Shown: positions 36,985 through 52,154, counted from the stretch's first letter. The stretch: 64,000 nt of DNA from Eledone cirrhosa (GCA_964016885.1 OZ024740.1:270258001-270322000); one strand, 5' to 3'. Notes: generated by a model not told the origin, from the sequence alone. Numbers and translations are program-made.

Positions 36985-37600
36985 TGGATTGGTATTTCAT
37001 TTATCTACTTCAAAATAATGAAAGGTAAAGTTGGCCCCGGTGAAATTTGAACACCGATTGTAAAGGACCAGATCAAATATAACAGGTCATTCTATCCGGC
37101 GTTCTAACGGCACTGCTTGATGCCAGTTTTAACACAACTATTAGTAGCTGAGTACAACTATTATAAGCATTCAGAACAGGTCTCTAGTTTGAGAATAGTC
37201 CATTAATCATGGTTCTTTTACCCCTATCCCACCAGGTCTACCAGTGTGGTATGAACTGCAAATATCATTAGCTCTGCCCTATCTACTTCTAGATACACCG
37301 ATGGGTGGAATTGAAGTTCAAGCATATGTCTTGTTAGTTTCCCTGTTAAATGTACTACCTGTGTTTTTTATTCATTTTTATAATGGTTTCTGATTTAGGC
37401 ACAAGACCAACATAATCGGGGGAGAGAAAAGTCGATTAAATCAACAACAGTGCGTTACTGATACTTTATTTATTGATCCTGTTAGAATGAAAGGCAAAGC
37501 TAACTTCGACAGAATTTGAACTCAAACCCTAATGGAATGTAGCTATATGCAGCAAAACTTGTTGTCCGACGCTCTACCAATATTGCCAATCCACGCCTTA
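36985..37600 (-). mobile_element. Two diverged S1-related SINEs (about 36985-37115 and 37381-37600)
   Basis: GAAAGG(T/C)AAAG..ATTTGAAC motifs. Confidence 0.65.
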
Positions 37601-37604
37601 CTCA

Positions 37605-38897
37605 TCTATATACCTAAAACAGAGAATGTCTGTCTGTCTGGCTCCCTAAAACTCGAGAACCACCCAACCAATTGTTTACAAATTTACGCATGTAATACTT
37701 ATGGTCATGTGAGTGTTTTGAGCAAAGAATATTTCAAATTTTCAATGCCCTAGGGACCGCGATTTAGTGATCTCTCTCTATAATTCTTAGTCTTTCTTTT
37801 TAGATAGATACATAGATATATGCATCCTTATGCTATCTGTCTGTATGTCTGGCTGTCTGCATTACGACATTATGACAAAAGAGTCACTAACTATGATGTC
37901 CCAGGTAAGATACCTGCCTCTTGACCAGGAGCACAGAGTAAGACCGTCTAGTTTCTCATCAATTCAGGACAACCCAGACGGTTCCAAAATTGTGGAGATG
38001 TTTGTCCGGGCCACAGCTCTTGAGCGGTAATAGGTGTGTGTATGTGCGCGTGCGTGAGTTTGTCGGCGTTCTTAAATTCGAGACATGTGTGTCACTGTTT
38101 TCAAGTTAGGGACATATATGTGTGTATCCCTTTCTATCCTTTTACACAGACATACATTCACACAAACACACATACACATTACGTGACAGAGGGTGGACAG
38201 AAGTCCCTCAAATTTATATACATGTGAATGGAGTTCTACTGAAGCAGTTAGAGAAGTTCAAGTATCTTGGAGTCGTGATGGAATGCAGGAGGCTGAATTA
38301 AGTGCAAGAATTACAAAAGCTGATGCAGTCAAGCACCAGCCTCAGCAATCAGATGAAGCGGGGTAGGTGTAAAAGCCAAACCCGCTGTCTTCCTGGTATT
38401 CCTGCCAACTCTTACCGAGGATCATGAATCTTGAGTAATGACGAAAAGAATACAATTGCAAATAAAAGTGGCAGAAATGGGATTCCTCCGAAGGGTCTTT
38501 GGAGTAACGTTACTCGATAAAGTGCATAGCTCAGAGACCAGAGAGTCACTCCTGGTAGAGCCGCTACTTCTCCGAATTGAGAGATCACAACTCCGCTATT
38601 ATGAGCATGTGGTTAGAATGTCTCAGTAAAGAATCGCTGGACACATTTTACAGGCAAAACCAACCGTCAAGAGACCCAGAGGTAGACCCTGCGCAAGATA
38701 GTTGGATAACATCCATGAGCTTGGCTGGTCACTCTTTGGGATCCAGCTGGATCAGTTAGAGATGTTTGCTACTGACAGACTCGTTGGAAGGAGTATTTGA
38801 GAAGGACTCTGCCCCCACGACCCTCTCAGAAATAAGTGGGTGAAGAAGAAGATATTGTCAATTTACTTTTAATTTACATATATCTATATGCATATAT
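37605..38897 (+). mobile_element. Helitron-like element carrying the same CRE-edge + RTE cassette as 3490-4540, inverted; 3' end missing
   Basis: Starts A|TCTATATACCTAAAACAGAGAATGTCTGTCTGTCTG; 37876-38897 is the reverse complement of about 3505-4540. Confidence 0.65.
38222..38851 (+). pseudogene. RTE-clade LINE 3' fragment
   Basis: ORF 38438-38629 is nearly identical to 3758-3949; (GAA)n tail. Confidence 0.8.
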
Positions 38898-41800
38898 GGA
38901 AAAGAATGAAAGGAAATTTCATTTCTCACTCTTAGTACGGCTGATACTTAAATGTAAGTATGTATACGTACATACATATATGTATACAGATGTACAGTAG
39001 TATGTATATATATACATACATGCACACACATATATATATGTACGTATGGGTTTACCGAACATTTATTATAATGTTCGGTTTGTTTGTACCACCTGTTAAC
39101 CTAATTAATCCGAAGTTCTGTGTTTTCATATTATACTGAGAAGTACATTGAAAGTATAATAATTGATTTACATGTTTCTTCTTGTTAACACAAGATATCA
39201 TAGACATGATTCGTAGTTGAACCATTAATAATCCTTATTTTATCATCACTTATTATAACATGAATTTCAGTGATTAATATGTAATGAAGGATAAATGATT
39301 TTCCTCCTACACAATTTTTATTGCATTTACTCTTGCTGGGTGTGCACAAAAGACCAACACTATCCTGTCGGAATTCTAGGTTTTGTTGTTGTGTAGCCCT
39401 ACGTTATCTCCGATTATGCATATCTATTCTATGCCACATATGATAACACGAATGACTAGATGAAATGCACAGACCTGTTGTATCTGATATAGAATAGCTC
39501 CGCTTTGCGGTGTATCATATGGCGTAATTTAACTTGTTATCATCATGGCCTGACTTCGCTAATGAATATTTATGATATATATATATATATAATGATTTAT
39601 TATGCAATGTGGCAGTCCACGTCTATTTTGTTTCCCAATTGTCAGTCGATTATTATTTTAATTGGTATGCTGTACCATCTCGTGATGACCATAATAAAGG
39701 CAATTGAAGAGGACACACTGAGAGGTAAACAGATGTTCTTCTGCTAATATCGCCTGTGGTGAGCATCCTATCACAATGTTCTTTGTGCATGTGCTATTTT
39801 AAGGGTGTTAGTATTGAGTTAGGAAAATATAACGTTTTAAGAAAGGTGATATAGCAATGTACGGAAGGGCTGGAAACGTTTCGAGCATTTACGAGTTATT
39901 GCATATGTTGTTGCAGGCACACTGATGGTCTTTTAGTTTGAGTATTATAGATCAGGTGGGCATGTGTTCTGTAAGCAAACTGTGCCGATGTGAAGGTTAT
40001 TGTTTCGTGCTCGTTTTTATTGTTTGGAGGTTAAGGTCTAGACAGAGATAATAGGATTCATGATAGACCTAATATCTTATATGCAGATAATTGTTGTTGT
40101 TGTTTAACAATTGTGGTACTTTTGAGTGCTCTAGATATGTTTATGTGTCATTTACCTTTCTTTGGTATTTCTTGGAAATTTGACTATTATATGTAATCTC
40201 ATGCCACTCAGTGAATTGATGACGCACAATAAAGCTGGGCAACTAGCCTCTCCCATGTCGACGACCGTCTTGCGTGGAGAAAATTCACATACTACACGAG
40301 GTGTCTCTGATATGATTATCATTGGATAGTCTTGCAGAACAGGTCGGATCAAAATGAGTAAGCCTCGATAAAAATCCTGATTGTCTTATAGTAAGCAGTA
40401 ACTCATGCGAGGATCGTCAGTTTAATTAGATGACACCCACGTCGTGAATACCAGTGGCTTCGCAGCATATGCATGTGTTGTAGGCCACATATATTCTAGC
40501 CATTAGAAAAAGCAAAATCAATGCCTCGCCTTCGAATGAGGGATGTATAAAAAAGACGTCATTCCTAATAGTTTTGTTTTGAATACGAGTAACAGTTTAT
40601 GAGGATTTTATGTGAGAATGGAGCTTATGGGTTTCGTAGTTACTACTTTGTCTATTTATTTCGGAGTGAGAGTACCTTTCGGTGCTATGTCGATAGGGTG
40701 GATATATCTAACGTGACTATACTGATCAACTTCGTGTGAAACTGTGTGGATATTTTGTGCAAATGTGGTAACAAGAATGTGTAAGGAATATATTAAAATT
40801 CGTTGATGACGTCATTACTAGGAATAGTGGTGAATGAGGATTTCTTGTTTGTTTTGAAATCTAATTATATTAGTACTATTACACTAAGGCAGCGAATTTC
40901 GGGGGAAAGGTGTCGAATTATATTTGTTCTTGCTCACTGTGCACTGAGTTTAAATCTGCCGTAATCAATTCGCCTTTCATCCTTTCTAGGTCGATAAATT
41001 AAGTACTAGTTTCGCACGGCATTTCGGGGTTAATGTTTAATTCAAAGGTTTGCAAAATTTCTGGGCTTTTTTTGCATGCGTTTGGTATTTCTATATTTAG
41101 TTGTTTGATGTTAGGTTTACTTTCTGTTTAACGGTGTTTTCATGCTGTTTTATACGACAGAGTGTTATCACTTGAGGGTCTTTTCACTGCTAATCAGGTC
41201 GAATGACTGCATAATGGTTTGCTCGTTTGATCGTTTGAATTCCAGTAGCTATCTTTCATAAACTTTTTTCATGTTTGATTATTTTGCTTTTTCAAATTCC
41301 TTAACATATTGTTTCTTAGTGTAAATTTTATTTAAACAAATAAATCATGTTATTTTTTTAATAACAAGAACCAAAGAACAAATTTGTAGATTTATTTTCT
41401 CTCTCACAGAATTATTATACCAATATGGAGGTTTTGAACACGTTTATTAATCGATAAGAAAAAGTTCAGGATTTTTTTGTTGTTTTCTGTTGTTTTTATT
41501 GTGTTTATCTTTTTGCAACAAAGCTCTCATGGAATAAATATTTTTTGTTTCATTTCATATCGTGTAATCTATAAATAGTATCTTTATGATTGGTGAATTG
41601 CTTAGAATTGTTGGTATATTTACTTAACAATGAAAGAAATCTGTTATCGCTAAGTATAGCAAAGGATTACTATAGTAGATAGCGTCGAATACTATGATAA
41701 GTTACTAGTTGTATTAAAGAACTTGACTAAACTCATCGTACCTTTGTGTGAATTTAACCGAATACTTTGAAAAGATATGAAAAGGGAAACGCCATAAGAT

Positions 41801-42054
41801 ATATCTACGAAAGAAACTTCAATATAGTACTTATTTACAGAAAAAATCAATATATATATGTAATCAGATTGAAGATAAGTATTTTTCTGACAAGAATAAA
41901 ATGTGTGGGATTACTTATTCTTCTAACCGGCGTAGAAAATTCACATGAAAAATCGTGTTCTTACAGATAACTTGATTATGATAATTCTAAGCAGTAAATC
42001 AAAGCCCTGAGTTTTATCATTTTCTTGAATTTCTTTAAATATTTATTATCTTTA

Positions 42055-42443
42055 TAATTGTTTCTACTATTGGCACAAGGCCAGAAATTACCCAGTACAT
42101 TACTGGTACTTTATTTTATCGACCCTGTAAGGATGAAAGGCAAAGTTAACCTCGGCGGGATTTGAACTCAGATCATAAAGGGACGTAACTCTATGATTCA
42201 AAGCATGGTGTCCGACCCTCTACCGATACTGCCAATTCTAAACAATGTTGCAATAATAATTGTTTCTACGTTTGGCACAAGGCCAGCAATTACCCAGTGC
42301 ATTACAGGTACTTTATTTTATCGAACCCGTAAGGATGAAAGGCAAAGTTAACCTCGGCGGGATTTGAACTCAGAATGGCAAGGACCGTAACTCTATGTGT
42401 CATGGCGTCCGACCCTCTACCGATACTGCCAATCCACCGCCCA
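42055..42443 (-). mobile_element. Two S1 SINEs head-to-tail
   Basis: Spacer CAATGTTGCAAT(A/G)ATAAT at 42243 and 42442. Confidence 0.9.
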
Positions 42444-43020
42444 ATGTTGCAATGATAATAATGTTTATTTTCAATCAAATTTCCACAATGGTCCAATGCT
42501 TTTTTAGAGTTTTAATGGACACTTTGGTTCTATTGGTCTCACTATTAAAATGAAATATAAAATAATTGAATTAAAAGCGCTAAAATTTTTGCTTTAAGAA
42601 ATACAGAAAAAATAATTATTCTTAATTTCTTTTGAGTGGTTATAAAAAAACTTTTTAGCTATGTATTTGTTCGTTTATTTATATATTCATATAATTAGTT
42701 TGCAATGTGCCGTATTGAATTAATCGTTTGTGAATGTAACCGAAAATACCTTACAACTTCTGTTTATGTACATTTATAAAAATAAATCATAGCTACAAAT
42801 TATTTTTATGGTTGTTAATTTAATTTAACTGATTGCATTACCTTGTCTGTGTTCTTAAATTTATTTACATGGTTTATACGATAGCATTGAATAATAAGTC
42901 AAGACGAGCATGTGTGGTTGGGTATTTATATATGTTTATATATATATATATAGCGTGTGTGTGAGTGTGTGCGTGTGTGTATTTATATGATATATTTATG
43001 TAAATATATATATATATATT

Positions 43021-43225
43021 TAGGTTTGAAGGTTCATCACTGGATAGAGTTGGTCATTCCGTATGGTCAAACTTGATGTAATAATATGGAGAGTACTCAA
43101 CGTAAAGCAGCTCAACCGTCTTCGTTTGTGTAGTTGTTGGTGCGAGTACGGAGTTAATTATTGAAATGATCATATTATAATAAACCTTTCAAGGATTTAC
43201 ACAAGTCCAGCCTCCTGTTATTTTA
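43021..43225. mobile_element. Family B fold-back fragment
   Basis: 43021-43160 matches 44136-44275; 43161-43222 is the reverse complement of 44285-44346. Confidence 0.8.
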
Positions 43226-43231
43226 TTATAA

Positions 43232-44520
<1,289 letters not shown>

Positions 44521-46280
44521 TACTACCGGTCAAATAAATGAAAACAAAAAGGAAAAGAAACATAAGTCAGCGTTAATATCATGCCACAAGAAAAAAGAAA
44601 GAAAGAAAGAAGAGAGAAGAAGGGGGATGGAAGAAAAGGAATAAGAGAAGCCAAGGTTAATGTCAGCTATGAGAAGAAAGACAGAAAGAAAGAGGAGGAA
44701 AGGTCGGTATTACAGTCAGGCCAGGAATGTCGCGAAAAAAAAATGTTAATCTAAGGGACCCGTATCTTAACAACTACTACCGGTCAAATATAGGCAAACA
44801 AAAAGGGAAAGGAAGATAAGTCAGCGTTAATAACATGCCACAAGGAGAAAGACAGAAAGAAAGGAGAAGAGAAGGAAGAAAAGGAAGAAGAAGAAAAGTC
44901 AGGGTTGATGGCTACAAGAAGAAAGGTAGACAGAAGAGGAAGAAAGGTCGATATTAATGTCAGACTACAGTCAGGCCAGGAATGGCGCGAAAACAATATT
45001 TTCAAAGGGACCCGTATCCTTGCAGAGGTAAATAAATTTGGGGTCAGTATGTTATAATGTGTGAGCAGAAGATTGGAACGTTACATTTTGTTTAGACTTA
45101 TAGGATGAAGTTAAAATATTAATATTTATTATTAACATTATAAAGTTAAAGAAACTAGAAAATTCAAAGTTAAACAGTTTAACATTTTTAAGGTTGCGAG
45201 GTTTAAGCAAAGAAAGAGTCTTTTATGAAGCCACTTAAATTTTATTATAGAGTAAAGATTATGTATTTGTTTAGCCGTCAAACAGCATGCGCCGACTACA
45301 AGCTTGGGCAGCCCATCACTCCGAGTGATATCGCCTAGCGAAAGATATGGAAATCAATTTTTCCGAGCACTCTAGGAATGTATAACAGGCTTCAGGTGCT
45401 CCAGCAGGAAGTCAGCCCGCATCATTTAGTCCATCCTTGTACAAAAACCAGTACTATTCCTTTACCCAGGAGGGGGGATTTGCTTAAGTAGAGGGAGGCG
45501 TGATACATCTAATAGTTCTGATTTAATCTGAAATTTAAAGGTACTATATGGCGGTCAAAAAACCGGCTGCGCGCCGGGCCCCTGGGGCGAATCCAGCCAC
45601 TCCGAGTAGTTTTATTTACCGAAAGAAGCGGAAATTTATTTTTCCAAGCACTCAAGGTAGGCCTATGCCCCAGGGGGCTGGTCCCGCCGCCAGGAAAACC
45701 AACCCAACAGTCCGACAGAAAGTTGGAACGTTAAAATATTGTTAAGATTTATAGGATGAAGTTGAAAGAATTCAGAATAACATTATAAAATTAAAGAGTA
45801 AGAAGATTGAGAATTGAACAAATAGAAAATTGAAAATTAAACATTTAAAAAAACTTTTTTAAGGTTTTGGGTTGCGGGCTTTAGTTAAAGAGAGTCTTTT
45901 ATGAAGAAACGTTAATTGTATTATGTAGATCTTCCATAAGTTATCCTAGTGGGATGTAGAGTAAGCGATATTTATTTTTGTTCTCAGGGGGAGACATTCT
46001 AGTGTCGTGTGCTAATGGGTACAAGTGAGCAAAAGTCCCAATAAGAGGAGTAGAAATACATGGACACATAGAAGTAGAATACGTGGAAAAGCACATTAAT
46101 AAAGCAAAGGTATAAATATATAAATAAACGAACAAGAGTGTTGGTGGAGTAAGATGGAGAAATCAAGACATAGGAGAAATATAGTTCACGTTGCAGTATT
46201 TATGTTCCCAGGGGGAGACATTCTAGTGTCGTGTTCTAATGGGTACACGCAAGTAAAAGTCAGAATAAGAGTAGTAAAAC
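44521..46280. repeat. Three successive pairs of diverged direct repeats (44521/44775, 45072/45722, 45985/46209)
   Basis: TACTACCGGTCAAATA..AAGGGACCCGTATC x2; TTGGAACGTTA..TAGGATGAAGTT x2; CAGGGGGAGACATTCTAGTGTCGTGT x2. Confidence 0.75.
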
Positions 46281-46795
46281 ACACACAATTGTCTTAATAG
46301 GCATTTGAACTGTCAACAGGCTGCGGTTCGCACACACATCCCTGCTGACCATTATCACAACAACGAACCTCTTTACTACTACTACACACGCACACATATT
46401 TGTTGCGAAAGACTTATTTCTCAGTCAGCCGACACAAACCTACATTTGGCGCAAAATCAATTTTTTACATTCACATGACCTCTACCGACCAATCAAAATT
46501 GTTTTGACCACAAGAATTTTTGCAACACGAATTGGCGCAAAACTTGTTTTAATACCGCTGGAGCCACTTTTTTAACATAAAAACAGGTAGAATTCCCGAA
46601 ACTAATCAGAACAGAGCAAACATCACGGACGCTCTATCTCAAAATTATTTTTTGAAAAGCATTAGAAATGCGCAACCGGTAAAACAAAAAACCAAAACTG
46701 AATACTAATCAATACTATTACTAATTCTCATTTATTCCTAATTAAACTATTTTTCACTGTGAACAATTTGTCAGCATTTTCTATTCCGTTTACCA

Positions 46796-46830
<35 letters not shown>

Positions 46831-46851
46831 TATATAATTTTTAAAATGTTT

Positions 46852-47025
46852 CGCCATGTCAGTAGAATGAGCCCCTCATTTTGCTCTTGTGTTTACATGC
46901 CAACACAAGAGCAAGAATGAGGGGCTTATTCTACTGACATGGCTTTAAAAATGAGGCGTGTATGCATAATTGCAAACGGATCGAATATTATTATTAATAT
47001 TCGAAAAACTCAGATTGCATTTATT
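46852..47025 (+). mobile_element. Family D fold-back fragment lacking the HHR
   Basis: 46890-47025 matches 16184-16320; 46853-46893 is an inverted arm. Confidence 0.8.
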
Positions 47026-47659
47026 ATATATCTTATATATAAAGTGAAGTTGGGCGTTGTTTGTTTGGTGTCCCGAACTTGCAGGCTACATCGTTCATCC
47101 GATTTTCATCAAACTTGACACATATATAAAACTCGACCCATAGATTGGAATAGACCTCTTGAAATTTTCGAAAAATTGATAATCGGGCCCCCAGAAGCCA
47201 AAGATCAATATTTTCAAAAATCGTCCGATTTCGATGAAACTCGATGCAAGTGTGTATTTTGATCCGGGGCTGAACGTGGGCTACATTAAACTTTCGAAAA
47301 ATCGATAATTGGTTAATCAGATATTTACGAAATTTGTCCGATTCCAATGAAATTTGACGGAGGTATGTATTTTGATGCGGGGATCAAAGAATCGATAATC
47401 GGACCCCAGAGGCAAAATCCGGCAATCGAAAAACGCCATTCTTCTTGCTTCCATTTGTCGCGACTCCCGCCATGCACCGTAAGTCTCTTTAAATTAACGC
47501 TCACCATATTCAGCAAACCTTTTATGCCGATTCTCCATTTTTTATATAAGGACTTTCAAGACTATACCGCTGCGCATCATCCTGTATTGGGCCCAGTCTT
47601 CTCAAGCGATCATCGAGCCTACATGTGTTCTCTTCATTCCCGTGGTCCCACTACCGTAG

Positions 47660-49340
47660 CATAATGAGGCATCCGTCAACCCTGCTCTCTCCCTTCCCTG
47701 CACGACGTCGACCCACTGCATCGTTGTGCATCACCATGCGCATCTCTGCCTTGTCAGCTGCAATTCATTCCCCGGCCCTTTCCATTGCCTTCCCTCCGTG
47801 GTCCCTAAGGACTGCCACGGCTCAACATGCCGAATCCCTTCCACCGTTCACCCCTGCCCATTACCATTGCCTACACTCCGAGAGAGCTCAAGACCTCCAT
47901 GCCTGACCAAGCCGCATCCCTGCCACCGTCAACCCTGCCCTCTCCCTTCCCTGCACGCCGTCGTCCCACTGCATCGTCACGCCTCACCATGCCGCATTAC
48001 TCCCCTGTCGGCCACCATCCCCTCCTCAGCTCTTTCTTTTGCCTGCCCGCCGTGCTACTTCAAGACTACCATGCCTAACCAAGCCGCATCCCTGCCACCA
48101 TCAAGTCCTGCCCTCTCCCTTCCCTGCACGCCGTCGTCCCACTGCATCGTCATGCCTCACTGCATCCATGCTCTGTCAGCCGCCATGACCTCCCCTGCCC
48201 TCTCCCTTACCCGCACGCCTTGGTCCTTCACGAGTGCCATGGCTCACCATGCGGAATCCCTGCAACCGTCAATACCGGCCATCTCCCTTCCCTGCACGCC
48301 GTCGACCCACTGCATCGTTATGCCTCACCATGCCGCATCCATGATCTGTCAGCCGCCATCCCCTCCTCAGCCTTTTATTTGCCTGCCCGCCGTGCTCCTT
48401 CAAGACTGCCATGCCTAACCAAGCCGCATCCCTGCCACCGTCAACCCCTGCCCTCTCCCTTGCCCGCACGCCTTTGTCCCTCACGACAGCCATGGCTCCC
48501 CATGCGGCATTCCTGCCCTGTCAGCAACTTGCTCAAATGTCATCAGCATGGTTTATTCCTGCGCCGCACATAACCGCCCATTATCGCAGACCAAAGAGAG
48601 CACCGAACATGAAGACGATCCTGTGTAAGTCTTTTTACATTCATTTTGACCATATTTAACAAAATTAAACAACAATTCATCCCTTTCACCTCCAAAACCT
48701 ACCGATCATGTATGGCCGATAAACATCCTGCTTTGCACCTGGTTTTCTCAAACAATCATCGTGCCTCCCGGTGCTCTTTACATTCCCGAGGTGCAACTCA
48801 ATTGGCATGTCGCATCCACGCCCTGTCAGACGCCATGCACCCTGTCCTTTCGTCATGCCTCATCGTGTTGCATCCCTGCCCTGTCAGCCGCCATCCACTC
48901 CCCGACCCTTTCCACTGCCTAGGCATGGCAGTCTTGAGGGACCAAGTCGCATCCCTGCCACCGTCAACCCATGCCCTCTCCGTTCCCTGCACGCCGTCGT
49001 CCCACTGCATCGTCATGCATCACCATGTCGCATCAATGCTCTGTCAGCCGCCATCCTCTACTCGGCCCTTTTTTTGCCTGCCCGCAGTGCTCCTTCAAGA
49101 CTGCCATGGCTCACCATGCGGCATCCTTGCCACCGTCCACCCCTGCCCTCTTCCTTGCCTGCTGGCTGTCGTCCCACTGCATCGTCATGCCTCAGGATGC
49201 CGCATCCATGCACTGTCAGCCACCGTCCCTCCTCGGCCCTTTCTTTTGCCTGACCGCCGTGCTCCTTCAAGACTCCCATGGCTATCTATGCCGCATCAAT
49301 TCCTTTCCACCCGCTTAAACATCATCAGCATGGTTTATTG
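47660..49340. repeat. GC-rich minisatellite (about 170-bp unit with subrepeats) inside the Helitron
   Basis: CAAGAC..CCATGCCT at 47889, 48061 and 48401; CCCTGCACGCCGTCGTCCCACTGCATCGT recurs. Confidence 0.85.
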
Positions 49341-50937
49341 TTGCCCCTTTTGACCACCGATTTTTGCAGGCTAAACACAACACCAACGTGCACGATAGTC
49401 CATGGTAAATCTTTTTAATTACATATTCATCATGCTAAGCAAAGGATGAATAGCAACTCTTTCATTTCTTCTGACATGCCTTTCTGTCAATTTTGGTCGA
49501 GAAGCATCCTGTGTAGCATCGCGTCTTCTCAAGCGATCAGAGTGCCTTCCACTGTCCTCACAATTGACTCACAACGCCGCATCTATTCCCTGCGACGCCC
49601 CTAAACATCATCAGCATGGCTTATTTTTTCTGCCGCGTTTAACCGGCCCTCATTCTAGGCCATAAACAACAAAACTGCACGATGATGCTGCGTAAGTCTA
49701 TTTAAATTAATGGTCAACATGTTCAGCAAAACAATTGTACCAATTCTTCACCTCCAAGGCCTATCCATTACTTCTTAGAGATCGGGATTCGCAATTTATA
49801 CGATTTCAATATTGACAGGTTTTTCGGCACATGTTGCTCCGATAGGAATATCAACGTGATTTTCACTTAATTCGTAAGTGTTCAGTCTTCCGTATGCTTT
49901 TATTTTTTATTGATACAACACCGACTACAATCATATAACTTCACTTTGTAGGCTAGACGCGAATCACAAGGAAAACAATCCCCACCAAATTCTTTGGTCT
50001 ACCTAGATTTCAATGGTTATATCCTTTGCTTTAGTACAGTTGTACATATGACAATGTCGCAAAACATTATTCCACTTGATTCTTACCTTTCAGCTATAAA
50101 TTGGGCAGTGCCTTAAAATCCCGGTTTATTTGCGTGCAATTTTGGGGTATCTTATGAATGGAGAATCGAAAACTCTTTTTCTCATAACCTGATACAGGCG
50201 TTACACATGCTCCATGGATGTTTGTGGACTATTTTTTCAAAATACCAATATCACAGATTGGAGCACAAAAAGAAGCGTTTGTTCTTCATTTATTTCGGTT
50301 AAAGCATCCTGCTGGAATTTAGCGCAGACTCGTTTAAATCCAGCGCCTTATAACCCCGAGTGTAACCGGGTACACCAGCTAGAAAGACAAATGGAAACAT
50401 TGTTATCTCGGTCCGATTTGACGAAAGTCGATTTAGTTCCACAACAAATTAACAAACGATACTTGAAGATACGTTGAGGCTGTTGCAAAGGGCAATAACC
50501 CTAGACACAATTTTGATCAACTTTTTTTCACCTATAGCAAATTTACCGGGACAGGTTTTTAGCTATTCAAATCTACTTCAGAGGTCACGCATTCATGTAA
50601 AAAATCAATAAAACTGAAGCGGGGGTTCGACTTTGCGTAAAAAGCAAGGCAAAGTTGCACATGGGGAAAACTTTTTACAAGAACGTCCGATTTTCTTGAA
50701 AACTGTCGCAAAAGACTCGCCATTATACCGCGGTTCAGATAAAGTCCCTTTTATTTCTTCTTCTGCACATGTGAGCGCGAAAATTGTTAAAAAAAAAAAG
50801 GCTGTGAAAAAATCGACTTTTTCACCCTGCTTTAAAAAGCAACTGAAAATTCAATTTCAAGTGAATTTGACTTCCGTCAGTCGTGCAAAGAACAATTTCA
50901 ACGATACACTGTGAACCTACAATTGATCCATTATTTA

Positions 50938-51123
50938 TGTGGATTGGCAGTATCGGTAGAGGGTCGAACGCCATGCTTTCCAGCATAGTTACGTCCCTTT
51001 ACGATCTGAGTTCAAATCCCGCCGAGGTTGACTTTGCCTTTCATCCTTACGGGGTCGATAAAATAAAGTACCAGTAATGCACTGGATAATTGCTGGCCTT
51101 GTGCCTAAAGGAGAAACAATTAT
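50938..51123 (+). mobile_element. S1 SINE nested in the Helitron
   Basis: Match to the S1 consensus; ATTATTTATG on both sides (probable TSD). Confidence 0.9.
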
Positions 51124-51291
51124 TTATGCTCAATTACACACCTGCGTGTACTAACCTCTGTTTTTTCCTTGAGGTTCGAAGGTTTTTGAACCTGTGATGC
51201 GCGGGAAGTAACTTTCACACATTTTATCAACAGAGAGCAAAGGTCAACTTACACCTGGGCAACGCCGGGTACTTCTGCTAGTATATATATA

Positions 51292-51425
51292 TAGGAAAAG
51301 AGTCAGGAGCCCCACGGCTGAGCCCCGGCCGTTTCGACAGCTAGATCCGAACCCACTCTACTACCCTAAGTATTGAGTACTCTGGTGCATTATGGTCCAC
51401 CTGGTATTTTACCACACCCTCTTTG

Positions 51426-51427
<2 letters not shown>
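51292..51427 (+). mobile_element. Family A fold-back fragment
   Basis: Inverted arm joined directly to the shared tail; (TA)n flanks. Confidence 0.8.
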
Positions 51428-51479
<52 letters not shown>

Positions 51480-51600
51480 GGGGGGGGGGATTGAGTGAAT
51501 AAAAGTAATAGTAAAAATAACAAAACAAACGACACAGTACATGGAAGAAATATATTAGTTTAATGCTTGAAATATAAATATAATTGATAACGATATTATT

Positions 51601-51663
51601 TCTATAGACCATAGCCTATCATAAGAATCAATTTGATTCTTATGATAGGCTATAGTCTATAGA
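51601..51663. repeat. Near-perfect 63-bp palindrome
   Basis: TCTATAGACCATAGCCTATCATAAGAATCAA-T-TTGATTCTTATGATAGGCTATAGTCTATAGA. Confidence 0.9.
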
Positions 51664-51752
51664 CTGACATAGAAAAGATGAGTCCGGGTAGACAAACATG
51701 TGAGCGATAAGTACTACCAGATAGAAATGTGGAATGTTGGTTTTATTACTTA

Positions 51753-52154
51753 CTCTCGGGTCTCGAATAATCGTACCACTCCTGCTTATCAATTTTTTAG
51801 AATTGTTTCCAACCCTCATGTTCTTATTTCACCCCATCCTACTCCCACTTATTACATTTTGTTAATCTACCTCCGGTTTAATTTTATTTTAAGTGGCGGC
51901 ATTTCTGAGACAATAAATTTTCTTCATACATTAAAAAACATTATACATGACAAAAACAAAATACATTACTGGAATTCGCATACTTTATAAAATAAATAAG
52001 GTGAGTTGGGGTCTCAATATGTAAACTAAACGACTAATTCTGATTATTTAAAAAAATCAACGGAGATAACCTAGGAAAATTATCGACCCCACCCCATTAT
52101 TCCAACATTCCCGTTTATTCCATCCCCACCCTTCTATTATTTGGGACCGTAGAG
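51753..52154. mobile_element. MITE with imperfect TIRs and TA target duplication (Tc1/mariner-pogo type)
   Basis: TA|CTCTCGGGTCTCGAATAA ... TTATTTGGGACCGTAGAG|TA. Confidence 0.65.

Larger units (their letters stand above)
47031..51281 (+). mobile_element. Non-autonomous Helitron, about 4.25 kb
   Basis: A|TCTTATATATAAAGTGAAGTT start; end CCTGGGCAACGCCGGGTACTTCTGCTAG|T (hairpin + CTAG); inserted between A and T; no TSD. Confidence 0.78.

Noticed and set aside
47625-49353. Overlapping Pro/Cys/His-rich ORFs
   Set aside because: Open frames arise from the GC-rich minisatellite; no domain motifs are present.
50088-50380. Possible captured exon on the minus strand (TTTCTAG acceptor, AG|GTAAG donor)
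   Set aside because: All three frames contain stops and no protein similarity is recognisable.
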